From contig NC_081385.1 in the NCBI RefSeq assembly GCF_030684315.1, positions 12,558,606 to 12,622,605 of the forward strand: a stretch of 64,000 nt of DNA. Direction: 5' to 3'. Position 1 is the stretch's first letter. Every line of letters starts with the position of its first letter. Shown here piece by piece: positions 1-11,453 of the stretch. Source of the DNA: Stegostoma tigrinum (lineage: Eukaryota). Position numbers and translations under genes: made by a program. Below the pieces are notes generated by a model. That model did not search any database. It saw nothing but the letters and a program-made list of their open reading frames with translations, and was not told the origin of the DNA.

Positions 1-904
1 GGTGGTAGATGCATTCATTATAAACTTCACAAGTTTCTGAAAAGGCCCCAGCAGATTGGAAAATAGTAAAGGTAACGTCTTTATTCGTGGCAGAAAGCAG
101 GCCGTAGTAGGCCACGTAGCCTCACATCTGTCACGGGAAGATGCTAGAATTCAATACTAGAGAGGTTATAACAGGATGCTTCAAAAGTTATGATTTGATC
201 AGGTAAAGCTAACATGATTTGGTGGAGGAGAAATCACGCCAATTAATCTATTAGAGTTTTTTCTGACAAAGTAACATTCAAGGTGAATAAAGGGGAACTG
301 GTTGATTTCCAAAAGGCATTGATAAGATATCACATTAAAAGTCACTGCACACGACAAGAGCATAGTGTGGTAGTAACCTATTAGCATAGCAACTTCAGAG
401 TATGACCTCTGCGTTCTATTTTTCTTACATCCCCCCAGGCCTCCAGGTCAGAGCTTGTTGGTTTTGCTCTCACCAGACTGGTCCCATTTTCTCCTTTCCA
501 GAACAAGCATCTACACCTATTATACATCTGTCTTTCCTTCACTACCTTCAGCACCGTCATTGCCTTTTGCTCCGTGCATCCTCACAAGCTGTTCCACTTG
601 CTTCCCCCCCACCCCCGCCAACACCACTTGCCAGCTCTTTTCAGTTCCAAAGAGGACTCAAATATCAGCTGTGTTTTTCTCTACACAGATGCTGCCAGAC
701 TTGTTAAGTTTCTCCAGCACTTACTGTTTCAATGTGATTATCTCGCCAGACCCAGTGACAAAGCAATGAATATCTGCTGACATTGAATGGAAAGGGTCAG
801 ATCTCACTTTATACATCCTTACAATCGACTGCTGGTATCATTAGCAATTGGAACAAAACTGGTTTAAATATTACAGAAATTGGAGGGAAAGCAGAGTTTC
901 TGAA

Positions 905-1150
905 GACGGGTCATAGAGATGTACAGCAGGGAAACAGACCCTTTGGTCCAAATTGTCCATGCTGACCAGATATCCTAAATTAATCTGGTCCCATTTGTCA
1001 GCATTTGGTTTATATCTCTCTAAACCCTTTCTATTCAATAACCCATCCAGAAGCCTTTTAAATGTCGCAATTATACCAGCCTCCACTACTTCCTCTGACT
1101 GCTCATTCCGTACATGCTCCACTCACTGTGTGGAAAACACTGCCCCTTTT
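905..1150 (-). mobile_element. CR1-like LINE 3' terminal fragment
   Basis: EEVVEAGIIATFKRLLD and a 3' tail shared with the other copies. Confidence 0.8.
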
Positions 1151-2689
1151 AAATCCCACTGGACTCAGAACTTTAACTCTGATTTCTCTCCAGAAGCTAA
1201 CAAACCTGCTGAGTTTCTCCAGCAATGTTGCTCTTGTTTTAGATTTCCAGCATCCACAGTTATTTATTTGTGTTTGCCATAATTGAAATGTGCAAAGTCC
1301 ACTAGATCTAATAAATTGGGGCTCCTTCCCTTATCCTGCATTACTACTGTAATCATGGAGTTGCTTCCCAGATTGTGAGTAATTTGTAGAAGTCACGCAT
1401 CTGCTATTCCATTCATGTGTCTACATTTGTAGCAGATGACATATTGAAATAACACCAAGCAGGAAAGGTAGCTAGCACATGCAGAGTTTCACACACAGTA
1501 GATTGCTTCGGTTGCAAGCAGCCAAGGAAAGGGGATGGGGGTGGGTGCTGGAGTCATGACTCAACCTTCCTCCTCCAGTGTATAATTGAAGCTTATCCAA
1601 GATCTGCTTCCCAACCAGTTCTGCATGGCTTAAGCTGACAGACTAAAATCGAAAATGAGCAGGGACCAGATGCGTCACAGAGACAGCTGACTGAACAAGT
1701 GACGCACAGGTTTTTTTTAAAAAAGTGGTCAGTGTGTTATAGCCTGGTCTCTCCATTATGATTCACCTGTGCAAACAACCTGAAAATTAATTATTCACTG
1801 CCTATTCATTTACTGCTCAGGGGAATAGGTGTCAGGAAACAGTTGGGACTTAATAAAGATGGAAATCAGTTGCCAAAATATTTTCTACCTGCAAAATTGT
1901 AAACCGCTCAAAACAAGAAAGAAGCTTTTCATCCGTCTACAAGATTTGCTGGGAAATTTCTGGGACCCTTCTCTTATAGAAGCCAATCTTTACAGTTTAT
2001 GTTTTATTTCTGAAAGCACAATAATAAAACACATGTATAAGCAGGGATGCATAAATGTACGTGCACAAACACTCACTTCCTCTTTTTAATTACTTTAAAT
2101 CAAAACAAAAGAACAAGCGAAGACTCTTCAAAAAAAGACTGAGTTATTACAATTAAGATTGCAATGCCTGAAAAGTATTGTAGAAGCGTATTCACATCAA
2201 CTTTCAGAAGGGAATGAGATTATGAAGAATGCATCTTCCTATTGTCTTCATTTATTGAATGTGGACTGAAATGAGAAAAGGACTGTTTTAAACCCAAGCA
2301 CTGGAGAACAAGTTGCGGAGTTTTTAAAAACAAGTTACAGAATGTCATTGTGAGTTGTGTTTACACTGCTGCCTTTGCAAGCTGTGAGGGAGGAGAGATA
2401 GGACAGGGGCGTATTTGTGCATGTCTATGTGTACACATGGAGTGTGACTCAGCTGGAGACAGATTACTGATTTGTTTGTACAAAGATGGCCAGTTCTGGA
2501 TGCCAGAAGTCATCAGCCTGATGACAACTCTCCATACGATGGAACTTCTGTTTCTGTGCAACTGAACAGCTGGTACATATGAATATTGGAGAGCCAGATA
2601 ATCTCCAAAAGGAGAGAAGCAGGGCCTGTTTCTGTCTCCTTGTAATAAAGTAACTCAAACTTAGGGATGGTTAGGTATTTTCTCCGACC

Positions 2690-2901
2690 ATCATAGAATC
2701 CCTACAGTGTGGAAGCAAGCCATTCAGCCCATCAAGTCCACAAGTGAGCCTTTAAACAGGCTCCCAACCCGACCCACCCCTGTAACCCTGCATTTCCCAT
2801 GGCTAACCCACCTAGTCTGCACATCCCTGGGTGCTATGGGGCAATTTAGCATAGACAATCCACCATAACCTGCACATCTTTGGACTGTGCCAGGAAACCA
2901 G
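2690..2901 (-). mobile_element. V-SINE 3' portion
   Basis: Homologous to the 3' half of the 8950-9285 copy. Confidence 0.75.
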
Positions 2902-3639
2902 ATTACTCTGTATTTGCCTGGATGAATGCACCTCCAACAACATGCAAGAAGCTTGACACCATCCGGGAAAAAGCAACCTGCTTCACTGGGACCACATCTA
3001 TCACATTCAATTTTCACTCCCTTCAACATCGATGCTCAGCGGCAGAAGTGTACACCATCCACCAGATGCACTGCGGCAACTCACCAAAGCTCCTTTGATA
3101 AAATCTTCCAAACTCCTCACCTCTACTGTCTGGAACAACATGGCCAGGGTGATAAATGAAACATGACTAACTCCCTCTTCAAGCCATACACCATCCTGAT
3201 ATGGAACTGTATTGTTGTTCCTTAACTGTAACTCTGTCAAAATCCTGGAACTCCCCTCCTAATAGGTCAGCGATTGGATCTACACCCCAGGGGCTGCAGC
3301 AGCTCAAGAAGGCAGCTCACTACCTCCTTGACAAGAAAGGCCATTTAGGGATGAACAATAAATACCGGCCTAGACAGACCACCTCAATCTCATGAATGAA
3401 TAAAAAGGTGCTAAGTAAATGTAAACTCTTGTTGCAACATGTCTTTTCTGCTTTTTGCAAGAGGATGGCCAAAAGTATTAAAGCAGAAAACGTTTAAAGT
3501 TTTCAAAAGAAATAGAGATGCTGTGAATTGGGAACAAAAACAAAGTTGCTGGAAAAGCTCAGCAGGTCTGGCAGCATCTGTGGAGGAGAAAACAGAACTA
3601 ACGTTTTGGGTCCAGTGACCCTTCCTCAGAACTGCAGAA

Positions 3640-4256
3640 AACCTATGCTTGGTTCACACTAAACAACTGCACCTCCCAGTCACGAACCATTTCCACTCCC
3701 CCTCCCATTCTTTAGATGACATGTCCATCATGGGCCTCCTGCAGTGCCACAATGATGCCACCTGAAGGTTGCAGGAACAGCACCTCATATTCCGCTTGGG
3801 AACCCTGCAGCCCAATGGTATCAATGTGGATTTCACAAGCCTCAAAATCTCCCCTCCCCCTCCACATTCCAAAACCAGCGCAGCTCGTCCCCACCTCCCT
3901 AACCTGTCCTTCCTCCCACCTATCCCCTCCTCCCACCTCAAGCCCCACCTTCATCTCCTACCTACTAACCTCATCCTGACCCCTTGACCTGTCCGTCCTC
4001 CCTGGACTGCCCTATCTCCCCACTTACACTCGCCTTTACTGGCTCCATCCCTGCCTTTTTGACCTACGTGCTCCTCTATCCATCTTCTATCCGCCTCCCC
4101 CTCTCTCCCTGTCTATTTCAGAACCTCATTTCTGAAGGAGGGTCTTGGCCCGAAACATCAGCTTCCTGCTCCTCTGATGCTGCTTGGCTTGCTGTGTTCA
4201 TCCAGCTCTACACCTTGTTATCTCAGTTTGTCCAGCATCTGCAGTTCCTATCATCT
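3640..4256 (+). mobile_element. 5'-truncated Penelope-like element: GIY-YIG endonuclease C-terminus, pyrimidine-rich 3' UTR, terminal repeat with decayed hammerhead motif
   Basis: HLPVTNHFHSPSHSLDDMSIMGLLQCHNDAT*RLQEQHLIFRLGTLQPNGINVDF (TGA at 3763), followed by ctgaagg-agggtcttggccc-gaaacatc at 4132-4159. Confidence 0.8.
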
Positions 4257-5321
4257 CCGAAACATTTAGTCATGTAGCTTTTCATATTATAGACAAGTGC
4301 ATCTTGCTTTAGTCTCAAAGACACCATCTTGAGAAGAGAGAGCAACACAGCAGAAATAACAAAAGTTCCATCGTATAAATTAATCCTTTTCAGAATCACA
4401 TTGCTATTCATCCATCCAGCATATCCCATCATCCTGTTAGTGTTTCTTTTGGAGTTGTGCCATTTTACCAAGAAAATCACACATTTATACTTAGTATATG
4501 TAAAGCTGTATACATTCCTTCTTGCCTGGAGAGTTGGCTCAAGTTGTAATGCAGTTTCAATACCAGAATAAAACTCACATCTCTGGTCATTCTTCGTGTT
4601 ATGAAGCGAAAGAGTAAGTGCCAGAGAACTATCTGACCACAGAAGGCATCGCAGGCACCATTCTGCTCTCATGTGAGTGTCACAGACAAAAACATTTGCA
4701 TATTGCTTTTTCCAACCATCAGCTGTTTCAAACTGCTTTACAAACAGAAGGCTTCTTTGAAGTATAGTACTGCAATGAAACACGACAGACAATTTGTCCA
4801 CAACAAGATCTTTGAGTCATACAGCACAGAAACAGATCCTTCCGTCCAACTAGTCCGTGCTGACTAGACATCCCAATCTGCTCAGTAACAGCAGTGTGGA
4901 CTGTCAACAAGGTGCAAGGCAGAAATTCACCAAACATCCTCAGACAGCACCTTCCCAACTCATGACCACTTCCATCTAGAAGGACAAGGGCAGCAGATAT
5001 TTGGGAACACCACCACCTTCAAGCTCCCCTCCAAGATGGTCAGCATCCTGAATTGGAAGTATATCGCCATTCCTTCGCTGTTGCTGGGTGAAAATCCCGG
5101 AATTCCCTCCTTAATAGCACTGTAGGTCAACCCACAGCAAGGAGACTGCTGCAGTTCAAGAAGGCAGCTCATCACCACCTTCTCAATGGCAACTAACAAT
5201 GGGCAAGAAATGCTGGCCAGCCAGCGACACCCACATCCCACAAATAAATAGAAAAGAAATTGCCAGCAATCAGCCCATGCCCCTTTAAAACCTCCCCAAA
5301 AAGTAGAGTGATAACCAGGCA

Positions 5322-5439
5322 TAATGCAAACTACAGATGCTGGAGAATCCAAGATAACAAAGTGTGAAGCTGGATGAACACAGCAGGCCAAGCAGCATCT
5401 CAGGAGCACAAAAGCTGACGTTTCGGGCCGAGACCCTTC
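5322..5439 (-). mobile_element. Solo PLE terminal-repeat insertion, 11-bp TSD
   Basis: Same family as the 49474 element. TSD ataaccaggca at 5311-5321 and 5440-5450. Confidence 0.8.
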
Positions 5440-7517
5440 ATAACCAGGCAATCTGTTTTTAAGCTTTTCATTTGAGGGATGAATGTTTGGGCAGGACATC
5501 GAGTCTGTCTTGCCTGCTCTTCATCAAAACAGCAATGAGGGTATTTTTTAAATATCCACCTAAGCAGGTGAATGGATCCTCAGGTTAACATTCAGAAGAC
5601 AGCACTGCAGTCAGTTCAGTGCTTCTTCAATACTACAATGGACTGTCAGCATGAATTTCTGTGCTGAAAACCTGGAGTGGGATTTGCATGAGGAAATTTG
5701 TGATTCAAAGCTAAGTGACCCACCCATTGAGCAACAGCTAACACATTGCATAGGTTCTAGCAAATGCGATCAGGAGTTGCATCCCTGCTTTTTTTTTTAA
5801 ACCCCCTCTCACAAGAGCAAACATAGGTTCCCAGCAGTGATCTGCTCAGTCAGCATAGAACCCCTGGTTTATGGAAAGAATTTGGCCCTTGGCTCAAGAG
5901 AGCCACCTTGTGATAAAATGGCACACTGCAGCACAAATTAAAACTAAATTCCCACCAGAAAAGGTTCATAAACCTGGTGATTAAAATCAGTTCATACACA
6001 TTCCACTATGCTGTAACACAACCACTCCCAGTACATTAGTCCATCAATTATGGTATTCTTAACACACGCTTAACAGAAAAATTGAAACCTAACAAAGAAT
6101 ACTAGAGAAACTCTGGCAGCATCTGTGGGGAGAGAAACAGAGCTAAACAGTTAGTGATCACTAATCCTTAGAACCATAGTGGATTCAAAAAGTTTACTTG
6201 GTCTCGGTCTCTCTCCATAGTTGCTGCCAGCATTGCGGAGTTTCTCCACCATTCTGTGTTTATTTCAGATTTCCAGCATCCATAGTCTTTTGCCTTCAGC
6301 GCTTCACATGCCTCATGTTCTACTTGCTATCTCAACGTAGCAATATTAACAACTGGTTCGTGAGGTCAATATTGGTGTTTCATAAAAGGAGGGGTAGCAA
6401 ATATACGAGCAATTATACTGAACTTACTAAAAATGATCTCCACCACCCAGGTCAGTCTACAGAGGCAAATTTAAACGTACTGTACAATTCATCAACAAAA
6501 GTATCAGCATTTGGGTTTATCACCAACATCAATTTGGTTTCGCGGAGAATTCTTCTCAAATTACTATTGCCCCATTAGCACAGTATCACTAGCAGACTGC
6601 AGAGGTGAAAGGAAGATGATCCCAACTTACTGCACCATCCAGGCCAAGTAAATTAGATTAAAAACTAAACACAATCCATTGTTATTCAAGGTTAGCCAGT
6701 TCAAATTACTGGATAATAATGGAAAACAAAGAACGATGTATTGGGAATATGCAGTCAAAACAAAACAGATAGATGTGACCCCTGGGTCTTTAATCTCCTC
6801 CCTCTCTAACCCTTCCCTGACCCTTGAGTTTTGTTCCAATCACTCCTGCCCATTTTCTTAACACACATCACTTTTCCACCTCTCTCCAATTCTGAACAGG
6901 ATTTATGTCAGATGTGAAAAGTCAACCATCTTTCTCTTTCCACAGATGCTGAGTTGCTTCAGCACTTGGTTTGCATTTTAAAACAGAGATTTAATCAAAA
7001 TAGTTTGCGTTATTTATTTAAATTATTTGTATTAAATTGCATATTTTTGCAGAAAATTAGAAACCCAGACAGACGATTCCCAACTCATTCAATTTGTTCT
7101 CACTAGATTAATTTAATCTGCATATAGAATTGGCTTCACTTCATTTTTGTTCTGCTTCGAATTTTATTTTAAAATGATAGTTTAATGCATTTTAGGACAT
7201 AATAACAGAAGCGGCCGCAACTAACCATAAATCAAACATTTCTGATAGATCTTGGTCTCCTGCTTGTTTTGATCTTTATTTGAAATGGTAACACAAATAA
7301 AGGGTCAAAATCGTTAGGATGCACTCATTTAAGCTCCTTAAAGAACACAATGTCTAAACTGAGCTATCACCGCTTTTATAGATCAATGCCAAACTGGCTG
7401 TGACTCTCATAAGACGTATATCTCAACATGCACACATTGCTATTTGCAATATTTGATCTTATTCTGTAAAGAAACCTTTCACAAACACACACCAAATATA
7501 CACAGGCAAAAGCTTAC

Positions 7518-7623
7518 CATAAATATCAGGTCCGTGTGGGGTAAAAACGTTGTAAGTAATTATTCTCAAGGGAGTAACCACCAACTTTCCATAGTAATAG
7601 CTGTCCACTACAACAAGGGGGAG
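7518..7623 (-). CDS. ALG9: ALG9 coding exon 8 (later exons not found in window)
   Basis: gttgcag acceptor, GTAAGC donor, 106 nt. LPLVVVDSYYYGKLVVTPLRIITYNVFTPHGPDIY(G). Confidence 0.96.
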
Positions 7624-7976
7624 CTGCAACACAAACAAAGACGTCCGAATTTTTAGATCCACATTCTCTGCATGGGGTTAGCATTACCCCCACCCAACAA
7701 ACAGGCCGTTACCCTTACCACAATCTAGCAAGAACAACTGTGCAGTGCTTTCAGGCCTTCATGAAAGCGATTTGCCAACCGAAAGCAGTGAGGAGCAGGA
7801 GGAGGAAGGAAGGAGGTTATCCTTCTAGGAAGTTCTTGAGGAGCAGGTTGCCCACTGTCTATTCAAGAAGCTCCTTCTTAGGTGCATGAATGAGGCGTTG
7901 GCACAAAGCAGCATACTTAGAACTCGGACAAAACCTATCTTGCAAGTTATTATGGATTAATTTCCTTGATACCTAC

Positions 7977-8064
7977 CAGAAAAAGCAGCAAAGCCACCAC
8001 CGTCCATATAAAAAAACTCTGGAACCTTCTCTTCAGTACCACCAGGTCAAATGCTATTGGCAAA
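7977..8064 (-). CDS. ALG9: ALG9 coding exon 7
   Basis: ctcttattag acceptor, GTAGGT donor, 88 nt. LPIAFDLVVLKRRFQSFFIWTVVALLLFL. Confidence 0.94.
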
Positions 8065-8949
8065 CTAATAAGAGGAGAAAATTAATCACAGGATTAGATA
8101 TGCAAAACACGCATTAAAGTAAGAATTTAGGTATCTTAAATTTACTTCAAAAATACAGCTCAGACAACATATTTTATTTAAAATAGATAAACGGTGAGGC
8201 TTAACACACAGCAGTTTGGGAAAATACACTGGATACTTTTTATAAGACTAAATGCAATGGATTTGTAGGCTGACAGTAACATCGCAATGATGTTACTGTG
8301 TCAGTAAACCAGAGGAACATGCTAGGGGGGAGTTCAAATCTCTCTGCAGTAACCAGACTTCAACAAATTAATCAATAAATCTGGAATAAAATATTAGTCC
8401 CATTAATAATACTTATGAAACTACTGAATTGTTGCAAAAATCTTTCTGGTTCACTAATGTCCTTTTTAAAGTCAACCTTACAGGTGACTCTTGGTCCACA
8501 GCAACCTACTTGACTCTTCATTGCCATCAGAAATGGCAGCTATAAAAAACAAGCCCTGTGGCCAAATACCTTCTCAAGGGTTCAAACAGATGGTCAATAA
8601 GTGCTGGCACAGCAAAACATCACAGCCCAAGAACAAAATAAATTAAAAGGCCCTTTAAAACAAAACATTAGCAGGAAATGCTGAAAATATGTAAGAATTC
8701 TGCCCACATCTGCAAGGAGACAAGGAGTCACAAAATATTCCAGGCTAGACTCTTCTTCATCCAAGTCCTCTCCCAAATATTAACCGAATAATCTTCCTTT
8801 TTCATTTCCAAATCCAATACAATTTTCCTTAGCCAGTCATAAAATTTTCTGTTCCATTAGAAAGGGCGAACAGCAACAATGGGAGGAAGGGGAAGAAAAT
8901 GGGGAGGACTGTGTACTGCAAGCAACCAGTTTCACTCACAAGAACAGAC

Positions 8950-9285
8950 AGAATCATAGAATCCCTCAGTGAGGAACCAGGCCACTGAGGCCATCAGGTC
9001 CACACCAATCCTTGGAAGAGCATCCCACCTAGATCCAACCCCCATCCTTGCAACCCTGCATTTCCCATGGCTAATCCACCTAGCCTCCACATTCCTGGAC
9101 ACTTTGGTTCAATTTACCATGGCCATTCCACCTAACCTGCACATCTTTGAACTGTGGGAGGAAACCCGTGCAGGCACAGGGAGAATGTGCAAACTCCACA
9201 CAGGCAGTCGCCCGAGGCAGGAGTTAAACCCGGGTCCCTGGTGCAGTGTGGCAGCAGTGCTAACCACTGAGCCACCGTGCCGCCC
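8950..9285 (-). mobile_element. HE1-like V-SINE (tRNA-derived head, V-domain, LINE-derived tail)
   Basis: Minus strand starts gggcggcacggtggctcagtggttagcactgctg (A box), followed by a B-box-like ggtttaactcc, tgtgtggagtttgcacattctccc, and a gattctat tail. Confidence 0.85.
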
Positions 9286-10216
9286 TTAGACAGGCTGAGT
9301 ATTTCAAGTTGGATACTTCTAATTAACGCATTATTTTTCAAGAACTGTTGGAGTTCAAATAAAATCGTTGAGAAGAGTTATCATTGCTTACTGCTCAACT
9401 CTTCCACTCCTTTGTTTTAACCTGGACTCTGGAGGCACCAGAGACCGTCCAGAGGTAAGACAATGCAAAGGGGTCAAATTAATATCATGACTAACATTAT
9501 TCTTGCATCTTTGTAACCAGCAGCTTTTCCAAATCAGTGCTTTGCCCTCCCTCTTTCCCCCAAATACTGTTTTATTTTTATTGCTTCGTGGAACGTGGGT
9601 GCCACTAACATTTCCATCTTTAACTTCCTTTGAGTTCACTGCTGGTCGGGCCATTATTCCCTTCTGACTCAGTGTTAACGGTGACACATGGTGTGTGACT
9701 TGCCCACAGGCACTTGCCTATAAGCCAGTGGAAGATTCAATGATAATACTGAAAACAGGATTGGATAAATAGCTGACGGGGTAAAATAAAACTATTCACC
9801 CCTTTTCCACGTACTTGTCCCTGGTCAGGGCTGCTTTTCTCGGCTCCTGTTCACTATTTATTAACTTTCCCTTGCGATCCATCAGGAGACACGCAGGATA
9901 GTAAAGCTATATCTGGCTCAGTAGAAACTGTGTGACCCATAGTTGTCAAAAGGGAAAAACCAAGGGACTTTCTTCAGGGCGAGGGGTAAGACCGGAAAGA
10001 GCCTGAAAAGTTCCACTAAGACGCACAGGCGTGATAAACCCAATGCCGCCGCCACCGCCGCCGCTGCCCCAGCCCCACCCCCGTTCTAGGGTTATGCGCA
10101 TTCCACAAGGACTGGTAGCTTCAAGTCTGACAATTCCAACATTGCTGCTTCAGAGTCAGGCACTTATAACATCGTTGCTTCAGGGTGCCCTGGTAAGAGG
10201 CTCTTGATGTCCTTAC

Positions 10217-10352
10217 CCAAGGGCTGCACTGAAGGGCCATCCCAAAATGGCTCCAGCTGCCACTCCCAGTATAGCCACAGCATTCATATCCGTAAACCAG
10301 CCAGTCATTGCAATTAGAGTTGTGTTCATGCAGAAGCTACTGGGGAGGAATG
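10217..10352 (-). CDS. ALG9: ALG9 coding exon 6
   Basis: tttttcag acceptor, GTAAGG donor, 136 nt. (A)FLPSSFCMNTTLIAMTGWFTDMNAVAILGVAAGAILGWPFSAAL(G). Confidence 0.96.
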
Positions 10353-10946
10353 CTGAAAAAGAAGGAGAGAAAATGAGAAGGCATCAAATAAAAATTAGTC
10401 ACCTTACCACATTACTGTTCATGGGTATCAACGTTAAAAATAACCCAACAACAGAAGGATAAATCTAAACTGCAGCCCATTCAGGGCAATCAGGCTCCTG
10501 AAGGACAAATGCCATAGCCTTTTCATTGCTTTATCTTTTTAATCACGGGTTTGCTTCTTTAGAACTTTGTGGTTTGGGATGGTCTTACTTAGTGCTATTG
10601 CCTTGGAAACGTGCAAGCCCTAAATCACAACCCTTGACACCAGTGACTGGAGATAGTTGCAAATAAACAAGAACATGGAGCAGGATCTTAGCAGCCACGG
10701 AACGCTGTGCGCGTTGGTGAGAATGTTGGGAAAATTGAGAGAGGTCGGCTGCAAGGAGATCCCTGATCCACAACAGAAACCCACAACTGTGAGTAGATGT
10801 CACCCTCAAATTGAGGGGTGGGCAACCACTTCCCTCACTGAAATACCAAGTAAGAAGTTGAACTTGTGTTTGTTTCTTCCAGCACTGTTCCTGGTCTTAC
10901 ACGTAACTTTATGCTCTCATTTCCATAAATGCAAGTCTTTACTCAC

Positions 10947-11035
10947 CAGCTGCGGAGCAGAACATCCCAGTACTCAAAATCATGAACGCCAACATTAATC
11001 GCCCAACATGGAGCCCAAACTTCTTGCAAACAGCT
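10947..11035 (-). CDS. ALG9: ALG9 coding exon 5
   Basis: ctag acceptor, GTGAGT donor, 89 nt. AVCKKFGLHVGRLMLAFMILSTGMFCSAA. Confidence 0.95.
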
Positions 11036-11382
11036 CTAGAGCACAACCAGAGTACATACTTTCATTGATACATTATACTAAAATCATTAAATTGCAACTA
11101 GTTAAAAGACTTTTTAAAACACAAGCTCCAAGTATGCAGCAGGTCTGTCAGCACCCTGAATGCTGGATATTTGAGCGTCCAGGGAACAGTTCTATATTGA
11201 AAACTTTACATCTTTTTTGCATCAGCACCAAATTACCTGCTGGATAATTTTCCTGAATTAACTATGAGATATTTTTCCAGCATTCCCTCTTCTTTTCTGC
11301 AACTTTCCAACAGTACCAATTCTTATTAAATTACCAAAACAGGAAAGCTATATAGGCTGATAGATAAAAAGCATTGACTTAC

Positions 11383-11453
11383 TTGTAAAAGTACAGCTCG
11401 CAAATGCAGCAGAAAAAGGCTAAGAGGCATCGTAAGAAATAGAAGACAAGAAC
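11383..11453 (-). CDS. ALG9: ALG9 coding exon 4
   Basis: tgtccag acceptor, GTAAGT donor, 71 nt. VLVFYFLRCLLAFFCCICELYFY(K). Confidence 0.95.

Noticed and set aside
4223-4801. 192-aa minus-strand ORF
   Set aside because: No recognisable motif, runs into a PLE repeat, and does not resemble ALG9 exon 9. Likely chance.
4960-5499. 179-aa minus-strand ORF
   Set aside because: Made of a PLE terminal repeat and the antisense of a LINE tail.
1-7517. ALG9 exon 9 (GTEPW...NFN) and later exons
   Set aside because: Searched by eye on minus and not found; presumably left of the window.
9200-9285. tRNA-like A/B boxes
   Set aside because: Head of a V-SINE continuing into the SINE body; no complete cloverleaf supported.
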